In this document: positions 23,901 through 32,000 of the stretch, piece after piece
How the letters are laid out: every line of letters begins with the position of its first letter
How positions within the stretch are numbered: the first letter of the stretch is position 1
Assembly (NCBI RefSeq): GCF_000007225.1
Contig: NC_003364.1
Span: 210,001 to 242,000 of the forward strand
Reading direction: 5' to 3'
DNA: 32,000 bases
Origin: Pyrobaculum aerophilum str. IM2
GTDB taxonomy: Archaea > Thermoproteota > Thermoprotei > Thermoproteales > Thermoproteaceae
Notes under the pieces: generated by a model
Database searches by the model: none
The model's input: only the letters and a program-made list of their open reading frames with translations
Told to the model about the DNA's origin: nothing
Translations under genes and position numbers: made by a program

Positions 23901-25070
23901 GTGAGAATACTGGTAGTAGCCGAGAGGTACTGGCCGGAGGGAGGGGGAGGGGAGCTGGCGACTCACCTCATAATAGGCCTCCTCAGGGGAGAGGCGGAGA
24001 TAACAGTAGTCACGGGCACCCCCAGGCCCGAGCGAGTCAAAGGAGTAAATTACATATACGAGCCGCTTTTGAGGAGGGGGGAAAAGGCCGTGCTCTGGGC
24101 CAACGCCGTGAGGCTGGCCGGCACGAAGAGGTTCAGAGAATTATTGAGACAACACGACGCGGTCTACATCCCGAGATACGCATTCCCAGTTGTACCCGCC
24201 GCGGCCAAGATGGGGAAGAAAACCGTAGTCCACCTACACGGCTACGCCCTGCTGTCATACACGGCTGTTGTGCTAGCGCCCTATGAGAGGCGCAGAGTAG
24301 CGCTAGACGACTTGCGCATTGAGTGCCGAAAGGGCGTTGTACACTGCGCAACTGCCGCGGCCCTGTGGTGGCTGCCCAAGTTGGCCAGGAAGTGGATAAG
24401 ACAAGCCGACGAAGTCATATGCGTGTCGAAAAGACAAGCCCAGATAATAGCGGATGCGGCCCCAGAGCTGAGGGAAAAGGTGAGAGTGGTGTACAACCCC
24501 CGCCCCCCAGAGGAGGTGGAGAAGAGGCTGAGCGAAGTGCCCACTTTTATTTACGCGGGGGGAGACAGCCGCATTAAAGGCCTCCCCGCCGTAATTAGGA
24601 CAATCGCCCTCCTCGGAAAACGCGGACTCCGGACAAGGGTAGTGCTGACGAATAACTACGGCGAGAAAACCCGCCGGGCGCTGGAAGCGCTGGCGGCCCG
24701 CTACCCAGCCGTGGAGGTAAAGCTCACGGGCAGGGCGGGCAGAGGGGAGCTGGCGAGGCTACACGCAGAGGCCTGGGCGCTCCTCGCCCCGTCAATATGG
24801 GAAGAGCCCCTCCCGTACGCAGTATTAGAGGCGGCGGCTTGGGCCACTATGCCAGTGGCGTCGGCCGTGGGGGGAATACCCGAGATAACCGCGGGAACCC
24901 CCGCGGAGAAATACACCGTAGACCTCCGGGAAGTACCCCAAAAGGCCCTGGAGCTCGCCCAGAGCGACCCCCGCGAAGTGTTAAAAGACGCAGAAAAGAC
25001 TAGAGAGGAAGTGAGGCGGAGGTTCAGCCCCCAAGAGGCCGTCAAGAGGCTACTCGAGGCGTTTGTATAG
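23901..25070 (+). CDS. Family 4 (GT-B) glycosyltransferase
   Basis: After a GTG start, the N-terminus is RILVVAERYWPEGGGGELATH. WEEPLPYAVLEAAAWATMPV resembles the E-x7-E region. Confidence 0.8.
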   Translation: MRILVVAERYWPEGGGGELATHLIIGLLRGEAEITVVTGTPRPERVKGVNYIYEPLLRRGEKAVLWANAVRLAGTKRFRELLRQHDAVYIPRYAFPVVPAAAKMGKKTVVHLHGYALLSYTAVVLAPYERRRVALDDLRIECRKGVVHCATAAALWWLPKLARKWIRQADEVICVSKRQAQIIADAAPELREKVRVVYNPRPPEEVEKRLSEVPTFIYAGGDSRIKGLPAVIRTIALLGKRGLRTRVVLTNNYGEKTRRALEALAARYPAVEVKLTGRAGRGELARLHAEAWALLAPSIWEEPLPYAVLEAAAWATMPVASAVGGIPEITAGTPAEKYTVDLREVPQKALELAQSDPREVLKDAEKTREEVRRRFSPQEAVKRLLEAFV

Positions 25071-26390
25071 CCCGACGCCGTTGCGCTCGTAAACCAGCAC
25101 GCCGGGAGGAGGGCCCGCCGAGGCGATGCAAGGCAGATACCACTGCCTCGGGTCTGGGGGAGAGTAGACGTAGAAACCGCTAGGCCCCCAGGAGCAGACC
25201 CATAACGAGACGTTTAAATCGGGCCTATAGGCGTAGGCCAGGGGGATAAACCAGAGGTCCAGAGACCACCTCACCCCCACAGAGGCGTTGGGGGGCAAGA
25301 GGCTGAGGACGGAGAGGTAGGCCTCCCACTTCTCCGGAGTAATCCTCTCCACGTAGGCGAAAAGCCCCTCCCAGCCCCCCGCGAGCCACAGCCACCCGGC
25401 GGCCCCGGGGCCCGCGAGGTGTAGGGCCAGGGCGGCCGGCCAAAGGCCCGACCGCCTCTCCACTAGAGAGGCAAAAACAGCGGCGGGGAGGAGGAGGGAG
25501 GAGACTCTAAGAAGCCTCTCCCCCACTCCAGCCGCCGCAATCCCCAGCGCGAAAACCGCCAGCGCAGTAAGGAGGAGGGGCTGAGACTTAGAGGAGCCCC
25601 TCGCCAAGAGGAGGGCCAGGGGAGGGAGGACGAGTCCGGAGGGGCCGTAAAAGGCGTACAGCACTCCGCGCAGAGGGTCGAGGACGAGAGACCCCTCCCC
25701 CGCCGCCCACCCCTCGCTGGACAGCCCCAGCACAGTCAAAAGCTTGTTGTGAAAAAAGAGAGCCCCCAAGGCGGCCAGGGCCAGGAGGAAGAGGAGGGCC
25801 CTCCTGTCGCGAAGCGCGATGAATAAGGCGAGAAGCCCGGCGTAGGCAAAGCCCAAGTAGTTAATAAAAAGCGACGTGGAGAGAACGGCGATAGAGGCCA
25901 GGGGCCGCCCCCTAGCCCACAGGTAGAGGCCCAGGGGCACTACCACTAACAGAACGGTCTTTTCGGCGATTTGGCCGTCTATTAGGCCGGCCAAAGTCCT
26001 CACAGAGCCCAGCACGGCCCCCGCCGAGAGGAAAAAGGCTAGCCGCCGCGGGGCCCCCAGGGCGTTGAAGAACAGGCCCCACAGAGCGATCCCAGCGGGG
26101 ATTAAGAAGAGGGCGTACAGGCCGTAAAGCCGGCCGAGGGCAAAGGGATCGCCGGAGGCAAAGCCCAAGAGGTGCACCAGGCCGGGGTACTGGCCGGCGC
26201 CCAGCAGAGAGAGGGGGTCTCGCGCCGCCATGAGGGCAAAGTAGACGTGAAGGGCGTAGTCATCGCCCGGGGGGAGCCAGGAGGCGAGCCTTAAAGCCTC
26301 CTTGAGGTAGAGGGCGAGGTAAGGCATTAAAAACAGGGAAATTGCTACAGCAATGGGAAGAGGCCATTTGATCGCGGTTCTGGTGGCCAC
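25050..26390 (-). CDS. Polytopic membrane protein of the glycan cluster (possible GT-C/polymerase-like)
   Basis: This 446-aa protein has many hydrophobic helices and a short soluble C-terminal part. The function is inferred from context only. The start may instead be the internal ATG at 26324. Confidence 0.55.
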   Translation of the reverse strand: MATRTAIKWPLPIAVAISLFLMPYLALYLKEALRLASWLPPGDDYALHVYFALMAARDPLSLLGAGQYPGLVHLLGFASGDPFALGRLYGLYALFLIPAGIALWGLFFNALGAPRRLAFFLSAGAVLGSVRTLAGLIDGQIAEKTVLLVVVPLGLYLWARGRPLASIAVLSTSLFINYLGFAYAGLLALFIALRDRRALLFLLALAALGALFFHNKLLTVLGLSSEGWAAGEGSLVLDPLRGVLYAFYGPSGLVLPPLALLLARGSSKSQPLLLTALAVFALGIAAAGVGERLLRVSSLLLPAAVFASLVERRSGLWPAALALHLAGPGAAGWLWLAGGWEGLFAYVERITPEKWEAYLSVLSLLPPNASVGVRWSLDLWFIPLAYAYRPDLNVSLWVCSWGPSGFYVYSPPDPRQWYLPCIASAGPPPGVLVYERNGVGLYKRLE

Positions 26391-26883
26391 CGCCTACGTC
26401 ACAATCGCCTTTATAAACGTTCTCCTACCCCCGGCAGACCTCCTCGAGAGGCTCAGAGCGGGGGTGTACACGGCATATTTCGACTGGGGAGTAGTGTCCG
26501 CAGACGGGAGCCACGCATACGCCGAGGCGCGCGGCTACAAAGCCGCGGTGAATCTGTGGAAAATAGTCATATGCGACCCCGCGGGCAGGTGTACGTCGCA
26601 ACAAATAAACGCCCTGGCGCTGTACATACAGCTAAAAGCCGCGGGCGCCCTCATAATAGAGGACAGAGGAGGGGGGTGCTACCACGTAGAGCTAAAGCCC
26701 GTGGAAATAGCCCACAGGAGGCTGGCCGCAAAGGCCGACCTCTGCCTGGACAGATCGGGAGCCCCGACTAAAATCAACGCCGAGTTGCATATAGACGGCG
26801 AGGTTGTGAAAATAGGAGGCGCGCCGGCCCGCGTCGAGAGGACGTTCCTGTTCGACCAATACTACGCCATTCACGGCGAATAG
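26353..26883 (+). CDS. Membrane-anchored or secreted hypothetical protein (176 aa)
   Basis: An N-terminal hydrophobic helix HLIAVLVATAYVTIAFINVLL is followed by a soluble domain. I recognised no family. Confidence 0.45.
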   Translation: MGRGHLIAVLVATAYVTIAFINVLLPPADLLERLRAGVYTAYFDWGVVSADGSHAYAEARGYKAAVNLWKIVICDPAGRCTSQQINALALYIQLKAAGALIIEDRGGGCYHVELKPVEIAHRRLAAKADLCLDRSGAPTKINAELHIDGEVVKIGGAPARVERTFLFDQYYAIHGE

Positions 26884-27970
26884 GCGGCGCGGTAGGCCTC
26901 AGCCACGGGGCCCGCTCCCAAATCTCCCGTCGAGGCGTAATAAAGGGCCCAGTCGGCGGACAGGCCGAAAAGCCAGACTTGGGCAAAGAAGGGGGCGAGA
27001 GAGGCGGCCCCCAGCCCGGCCAGAAGGCGGCGGCCCATTCCGGCAGAGGCAAAGGGGAGGGCCGCGAGGAAGTGCCTGTACGCATATCCCCCGAAATCCG
27101 GGCGGGAAGAGGCGAGGAGGATGGAGGCTACCAGGCCCAGAAGGGCTAAGACTCCCATACGCCCCGCGAAAAACGCCGCGGCGATCAGCACCGCCCCCTC
27201 CACGGCGGTTTTAGCCAGCCACCAGGGCGACGCGGAGAAGAGAAGGCGACCCTTGACGCCAAGTCGGAACCAGCCAGCGACCCCGCGAGCGCCCACAGAA
27301 TCCACGACTGGGGGAGCAGGAAGAGCGCGGGCGCCAGGAGGACTACCCACCGAGCCCCCCAGAGAAAAGCCGCCGCCGCCGCGAGGATCCCGCCGTATAT
27401 GTGAAGCCCGGAGGCCAGGGCCAGCGAGGCGAGGACACCCGCCCAAGACCCCTTAGCCGCGAAGTAGGCAGAGGCCCAGACGAGAGGCGCCGCCATACCC
27501 CACTGGCCAAACCACAAGGGCTGAGTGGCGAGGAGAGGCCACAAAACCGCGCCGCGCCCCCAGACCTCGGCCAGAGCCCTCCCGCCCAGTGCCGCCGCTG
27601 AGACCACGAAAAGAGTCCCCCCAAGGGCCAGCTCGAGGGGAGGGGCCTGGGGGAGGTATGTCAGAGGCGCGTAGGAGGCCCACGCGGGGGAGGCCCTCAG
27701 GGCGTACCAAAGCGCCTCGTAATACGGGAGGAGGCGGCCCAGGAGGAAGGGGACCAGGAGGAATTTGCCGAAGGCCAAGGCGAAGGCCAGCGCCGTCTGT
27801 CTGTCCCAGAAAAGGCCCCGGCCCAGGGCCAGCAACCCCGCCAGACCCGCCCAGAAGAGAAGCGGGTGCGCCCCGTAGGCGAGGTAGAGGAGGTACATCG
27901 CCAGAACTCCCCAGCCAGGGCCGAGGCGCCTTGCCGCAGCCAAGCCGCCAAGAACGGCTAGGGCGATCAC
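26871..27970 (-). pseudogene. Wzy/O-antigen-ligase-like polytopic membrane protein gene split by a -1 frameshift
   Basis: The track ORFs 27185..27970 and 26871..27446 overlap in different frames. Membrane-protein-like sequence switches frame at the run at 27281-27284 (CCCC on the plus strand, GGGG in gene sense): ...WILWALAG then VAGWFRLGVKGRLLFSASPWW... Both ORFs read as R/P/G-rich junk beyond the junction. Confidence 0.6.
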
Positions 27971-29244
27971 AGCCTCAACGCCGCTCTAGCCAAGCCCAAG
28001 AGCTCCCCAACTCTCACCACGCCGATGAGGTGCAGAGAGAGAAGCGAGGCGAGGGCCAGGGGCGCGGCCCAGAGGGGTCCCAGGAGGAGGCCCAGGACGG
28101 AGAATAGTAAGGCAACTGAGGCGCCCGCCAGAGAGGGGTAGGCACCCACGTCCCTAGCCGCTAGGAGGAAGCCCGGCAGAAAGCCAAGAGCCAGCGCGGC
28201 CCCGGGGCCCCAAGGCGCTAGGCCGGAGAGGAGGGCAGAGGAGGCCACCAGCGAGGCCGAAGAGACAAGGCCTAGAGCCGCGAGACGGCCCCAAGACCTC
28301 TCCACGTTGTAAACAGCCACGGCAATGTTGACGGCCACCAGCTCAGCCGCAGACACAAGGCCCAGGGCCAGGGAGGGGTAGGCCCCGGAGAAGTCCCTCC
28401 CTAAAAGGCCAAAGAGGGGGCCCGCCAGGGCAGACGCCGCCGCCACCAGGGGCACAGTCGCCCCCATCCCCACCCGCGTCACCCTCTCCGCCACCGCCGT
28501 GCCCAGCCTGGCCATAACGGGGATGCCGGATGTGGATAGCGAGAAGGCGAAGCTCCCCACCACCAACGCCGCCATTGCCGTGAGGTAGAAAACTCCAGCC
28601 GCCGCAGGGCCTGCGACGCGTTCGGCTAAAACGACGCCGGCAGACACCGCGAAGCCCGCCGAGAAGTTATTCCAGTAGTTGCCGGCGCCAGCCGCGAAAA
28701 CCCCCCGCCAGTTGCCGGGGCGCCCAACGCCTACGACGTAAAGCGCCAGGGAGGCCCCCAAAACGGCGGAGAGGGCGGCGGAGAGGGCCACGGAGAGTAC
28801 CGCGTCGCGCAGAGCCCAAAGGAGGAGGAGCTTAAAAAAGGCGTTAAAAACCCCCACTGCGAAGTAGAGACGCGGCCTCCCCCCAGCCACGAGGCCGGCC
28901 AAAGCAGTGTTCAAAACGAGGTTTGCCAAGGCAAGAGCGCCGCCGAGGGGCCGCCCCGCTATAAGGCCGGCGGCAAAAGCCCCGAGGCCAACCCCCGCGG
29001 AGGCCAGGAGGCCGGAAGCCAACGCGGAGCCTCCTCTCTCCGGCACTTCCCTCAACACGTACTGGGCAAAGCCGAAGTTCAGCAACGAAGAGAGGAACAC
29101 GCCAAACCCCACCTCAGCGGCGGCGGAGCCCACAGAGGCCGCGCCTCCCAGCCCCGCCACTAGCACCCAGAAGAGGAGGCCCCCCACTGAGCCCGCCACA
29201 GAGGCCCCCCAGACCCACAGGGCAGAAGAAAGCATTCTCTCCAC
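27967..29244 (-). CDS. Polysaccharide/oligosaccharide flippase-like membrane protein (Wzx/MOP-type)
   Basis: This 425-aa protein has about 12 hydrophobic segments. Its stop overlaps the start of the downstream Wzy-like gene by 4 nt. The assignment rests on topology and context. Confidence 0.6.
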   Translation of the reverse strand: MERMLSSALWVWGASVAGSVGGLLFWVLVAGLGGAASVGSAAAEVGFGVFLSSLLNFGFAQYVLREVPERGGSALASGLLASAGVGLGAFAAGLIAGRPLGGALALANLVLNTALAGLVAGGRPRLYFAVGVFNAFFKLLLLWALRDAVLSVALSAALSAVLGASLALYVVGVGRPGNWRGVFAAGAGNYWNNFSAGFAVSAGVVLAERVAGPAAAGVFYLTAMAALVVGSFAFSLSTSGIPVMARLGTAVAERVTRVGMGATVPLVAAASALAGPLFGLLGRDFSGAYPSLALGLVSAAELVAVNIAVAVYNVERSWGRLAALGLVSSASLVASSALLSGLAPWGPGAALALGFLPGFLLAARDVGAYPSLAGASVALLFSVLGLLLGPLWAAPLALASLLSLHLIGVVRVGELLGLARAALRL

Positions 29245-29250
29245 AAGGCG

Positions 29251-29275
29251 CTTAAAAGAGGGGGTAAAAAATATT
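29251..29275. promoter_or_regulatory. Bidirectional promoter region with two A/T boxes in a 33-bp divergent intergenic space
   Basis: CTTAAAAG at 29251-29258 lies 27 nt before GTG 29278 on the plus strand. AAAAAATATTA at 29264-29274, read on the minus strand, lies 20-30 nt upstream of the minus-strand ATG at 29244. Confidence 0.4.
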
Positions 29276-29277
29276 AA

Positions 29278-30480
29278 GTGGGAGATCTGTCGCCGGTGTG
29301 CATAACAGTAGTGCTACCCACGCTGAACGAGGCCCAGGCGCTACCCAAGGTGGTTGAGGAGCTCAGGGCAACCGGTTACCGCGACATACTAGTAGTAGAC
29401 GGCGGGTCGACTGACGGGACCGTGGAGGAGGCCAAGAGGCTGGGGCTGAGGGTAATAGGCCAGTACGGGAGGGGCAAGGGAATGGCCCTGAGGACGGCCC
29501 TCATGTACGTGGAGACTCCCTACGTCGCCGTGCTAGACGCCGACTATACATACCCCCCGGCAGAGCTGAACAAGTTGGTGCCGCTGCTCAGACACTACGA
29601 CGTCGTTATAGGCGCCAGGCAGGGGAAAATGCCTGCGCTGTACAAGCTTGGGAATAAAGTGCTGGCGTGGCTATTCCGCGTCTTATTCGGCGTGGATCTA
29701 AGGGATCCCCTCACCGGGATGTATGTAGCGAGGACGGACGTGCTCCGAGAAGCTGTTACGGAGGCCAGGGGGTTTGATCTAGAGGTGGAAATCCTGGCCA
29801 AAGCCCTGGCAAACGGGGCGAGAGTGGCCGAGGTCCCCATACAGTACAGAGAGAGAATCGGCAAAAAGAAGCTGAGGCCCTGGCACGGCGTGGGGATAGC
29901 CGTAAAGGCCCTGGAGCTGGCATACCGCCTAAACCCAGCCCTGTTCCTAACCCTAATCGGCGCCCTTATGTTAATACCGGCAGTGGCCCTGGGGGGCTGG
30001 GTGGCCTACCGCTACTTCTACCAGGGAGTCCCCCACTACATGCTGGGCCTCGCCGCCCTCTTAATGTTGGTAATAGGCGGCATATCCACTGCGCTACTCC
30101 CTCTGCACACCACAATACAACAGCTGAGGGCCTCAATAAGGCGGGCGTTAATCCCGCCAGCGCCTACAGACTGCTTGTCGCCGCTCCCGCAACCGCCGCC
30201 TCCCGCGCCTCCCCAGAGGCCCGCCCCCGAGAAAGCCACAGTGCTGGAAAGAGCAGCCCAGGGCCTAATAACCGCCTTCATAGTGTTGCTGGCAGCCGCC
30301 GCGTACTACCTGGGGATTGGAGACGCCGCCACGGCCAACAAACTCGCCGAGTGGGCCTACTACGCATTAGCCGGGGGAGTACTAGCAACGTTAATAGACA
30401 CAGCCATAGCCCAAAGACGGCAAAAACAGCTTCAGCGCCAAGCATTCCGAACCTCACACTCTGCTGTAATAACTTCATAG
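29278..30480 (+). CDS. Family 2 glycosyltransferase, dolichyl-phosphate sugar synthase-like (Dpm1/AglD-like) with C-terminal TM region
   Basis: It has VVLPTLNEAQALPKVV, VVDGGSTDGT and AVLDADYTYPP (DxD), followed by TM helices and a proline-rich linker. Confidence 0.85.
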   Translation: MGDLSPVCITVVLPTLNEAQALPKVVEELRATGYRDILVVDGGSTDGTVEEAKRLGLRVIGQYGRGKGMALRTALMYVETPYVAVLDADYTYPPAELNKLVPLLRHYDVVIGARQGKMPALYKLGNKVLAWLFRVLFGVDLRDPLTGMYVARTDVLREAVTEARGFDLEVEILAKALANGARVAEVPIQYRERIGKKKLRPWHGVGIAVKALELAYRLNPALFLTLIGALMLIPAVALGGWVAYRYFYQGVPHYMLGLAALLMLVIGGISTALLPLHTTIQQLRASIRRALIPPAPTDCLSPLPQPPPPAPPQRPAPEKATVLERAAQGLITAFIVLLAAAAYYLGIGDAATANKLAEWAYYALAGGVLATLIDTAIAQRRQKQLQRQAFRTSHSAVITS

Positions 30481-30524
30481 TCAAATAAGTGTAATATGTC
30501 TATGCAAACGCAAAGAGCGAAAAG

Positions 30525-30882
30525 CTTAAAAACCAGCTCTTAATTCGCTATATGCTCCTGGCGGCGGGGTTTGTGCCTTCGCTTTTGTCGCTTTCGGCGC
30601 TTAAAAGCCGCGCTTTGCGCAAGGGAGTTTGGTTTAGACTTGACCCCGCCGCCAGGGCGCTAGTAGACGCAACTCTCCTCTACCTCAAGAGAGGCGGGGT
30701 GATTAAATCCCCCGCCTTAATAAACGCCTTGAGGGCAGTGGCAGAGAGAATACTGTCCTCAACCTCACCCCTACGGGTACTGGCAAAGGCTGTGGGCATG
30801 GCCATAGCCCGCGCGAGGGGGATTCAAGCAGACGAGGAGAGGGCGATCGCCCTGGGAATACAGTGGATAAATACGCCGAAGC
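30525..30882 (+). repeat. Copy B of the ~358-bp direct repeat (copy A at 11818-12175)
   Basis: See copy A. The offset is 18707 bp. Confidence 0.85.
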
Positions 30883-30908
30883 AGTGGAGGCCGCAGGTGG
30901 CGGACTGA
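30552..30908 (+). CDS. Multi-copy family hypothetical protein (118 aa), paralog of 11845..12207
   Basis: The sequence is near-identical over the first ~105 aa, with the same promoter box at the same spacing. Confidence 0.6.
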   Translation: MLLAAGFVPSLLSLSALKSRALRKGVWFRLDPAARALVDATLLYLKRGGVIKSPALINALRAVAERILSSTSPLRVLAKAVGMAIARARGIQADEERAIALGIQWINTPKQWRPQVAD

Positions 30909-31224
30909 GACAAAGAAGATATGCATATCAAGCATCCCATGCTGGCTCTGTCGATCATTGTACTCGCATAAAATGGGGGACAACATACCGAGGCATATGA
31001 AGCAGATAGACAGGATCCTCAGGAGTAGGTCAACAACAGAAGCGTAAAATGACGTTAGAAGTCACGTAAAAAATGCATTTATGTACCCTATAAGAGCAAT
31101 TAGACATCCAAAAGGGAGATAGCCAAAAGACTGGAAACTGGACTGAGATATAGAGAGGAAAAATGCACTACCTCTGGATGCCTTTAAACTTAGTTGATAT
31201 CCTTCGTCAATATGATCTAAATAA

Positions 31225-32000
31225 ATGTCCAAGCCTTTAATAACAATAATAATACCTACTCTAAATGAGTGTCATAATATACCTATGGTTCTAAAGGAAA
31301 TACATAAGAGATTCAGTAAGGAGGCAGAGATAATAATTGTAGACGGCGGCTCTATTGACTGTACTCTAGACAAAGCCAAGGAGGTATCTCAGACGCTTGG
31401 AATGGACGTTAAGCTGATTAGGCAGAAGAGCAGTGGAGGGAAACCCGGCGCGCTCATAGACGGCTTTAAGGAGGCCAGGGGCCTATATGTAGGAGTCATA
31501 GACGCCGACATGGAGTTCCACCCCTCGGATCTCGAGAGGATGTATAGAGAGGCCTTGAAGGGCTACGACGTCGTGCTGGGTTACAGAAGGGATGTCAGGC
31601 TCTTTTGGAGGAGAGTAATAAGTTGGGGCGCTAGATTACTTGCTAAGATCATGATACCCAGTTTAAGGAGGTTTAAGGACCCAACCACCGAAATGTACGT
31701 TATCAGCAAACACAGTTTAGATACGTGTATAGATAAGATCAAGCCTAGAATTAAGCCAGCGCTTGAGATCTTGGCTAAGTGTAAGGCGAATTCCTACAAA
31801 GAAATGGAAATAATGCAGAGACAGAGATCTCTTGGCGAAAGCAAGTTCTCCATTATGTGGATCTTCCAATACATATGGCAACTCCTAGAACTCACCAATT
31901 ACTTCACAGTCCGTTACATAGCGGGGGCATTAGTAGCCTTGCCTGTATCAATACTGCTGTGGAATTATGTAGGACTACTGGCCCCATTCGTCGGAGCTAT
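31225..32000 (+). CDS. Family 2 glycosyltransferase (Dpm1-like), 3'-truncated by the window end
   Basis: This ORF is absent from the track because it runs off the window, so I translated it by hand: MSKPLITIIIPTLNECHNIPMVLKEI...IIIVDGGSIDCT...GVIDADMEFHP... There is no stop up to position 32000. GC content is markedly lower than in neighbouring genes. Confidence 0.8.
   Translation, partial: MSKPLITIIIPTLNECHNIPMVLKEIHKRFSKEAEIIIVDGGSIDCTLDKAKEVSQTLGMDVKLIRQKSSGGKPGALIDGFKEARGLYVGVIDADMEFHPSDLERMYREALKGYDVVLGYRRDVRLFWRRVISWGARLLAKIMIPSLRRFKDPTTEMYVISKHSLDTCIDKIKPRIKPALEILAKCKANSYKEMEIMQRQRSLGESKFSIMWIFQYIWQLLELTNYFTVRYIAGALVALPVSILLWNYVGLLAPFVGA

Noticed and set aside
26353-26390. 38-nt overlap of the divergent 5' ends of the 176-aa and 446-aa genes as a regulatory antisense arrangement
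   Set aside because: This is probably an artefact of start-codon choice. An internal ATG at 26324 for the minus-strand gene removes the overlap.
27589-28107. 172-aa plus-strand ORF rich in R, P and G
   Set aside because: It lies antisense to the flippase-like and Wzy-like membrane protein genes. Its low-complexity composition is typical of shadow ORFs in GC-rich DNA.
11818-30882. Direct repeats interpreted as att sites of an integrated element
   Set aside because: The repeats are complete paralogous genes with their own promoters rather than short att cores. I found no integrase, tRNA target or replication/structural genes in the interval, which also contains ordinary glycan genes.

Overview
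The window looks like a GC-rich crenarchaeal chromosome of the Thermoproteales (Pyrobaculum/Thermoproteus-like). The evidence for this is frequent GTG starts, A/T-rich TATA boxes about 26-28 nt upstream of start codons (leaderless style), a CC1-like chromatin protein, and multi-copy paREP-type gene families. The window has three parts. (1) 0.5-7.2 kb is an intact cobalamin salvage and nucleotide-loop cluster: cobO, a cbiZ-cobZ-like fusion, archaeal cobT, two PP-loop ATPases, cobD, cobS and cbiB. It is followed by a CC1-like gene, an ArsR-type regulator and a sulfite-oxidase-family molybdoenzyme. (2) About 9.1-22.9 kb is an accessory island. It holds three paralogous P-loop (Arch_ATPase-type) genes, each preceded by HEPN-like and/or minimal-nucleotidyltransferase partners in different states of decay. 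It also holds extra HEPN-like (PaREP-type) copies, a DUF4258/DUF2283 toxin-antitoxin pair, a C16 tract, orphan small ORFs and one embedded GT2 glycosyltransferase. (3) 22.9-32 kb is a glycan-biosynthesis cluster: two GT4 genes, two or three GT2 genes, a flippase-like gene, a Wzy-like gene and other membrane proteins. The most interesting signal is the recurrent HEPN-like/(MNT)/ATPase module. Its ATPase genes stay intact, are coupled to the upstream partner by a GTGA stop/start overlap, and show perfect-identity gene-conversion tracts, while the partner genes decay through single-base frameshifts that mostly lie in homopolymer runs. I saw no rRNA, tRNA, CRISPR array, integrase or transposase. 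All family assignments come from motif recognition by eye; no database search was possible.
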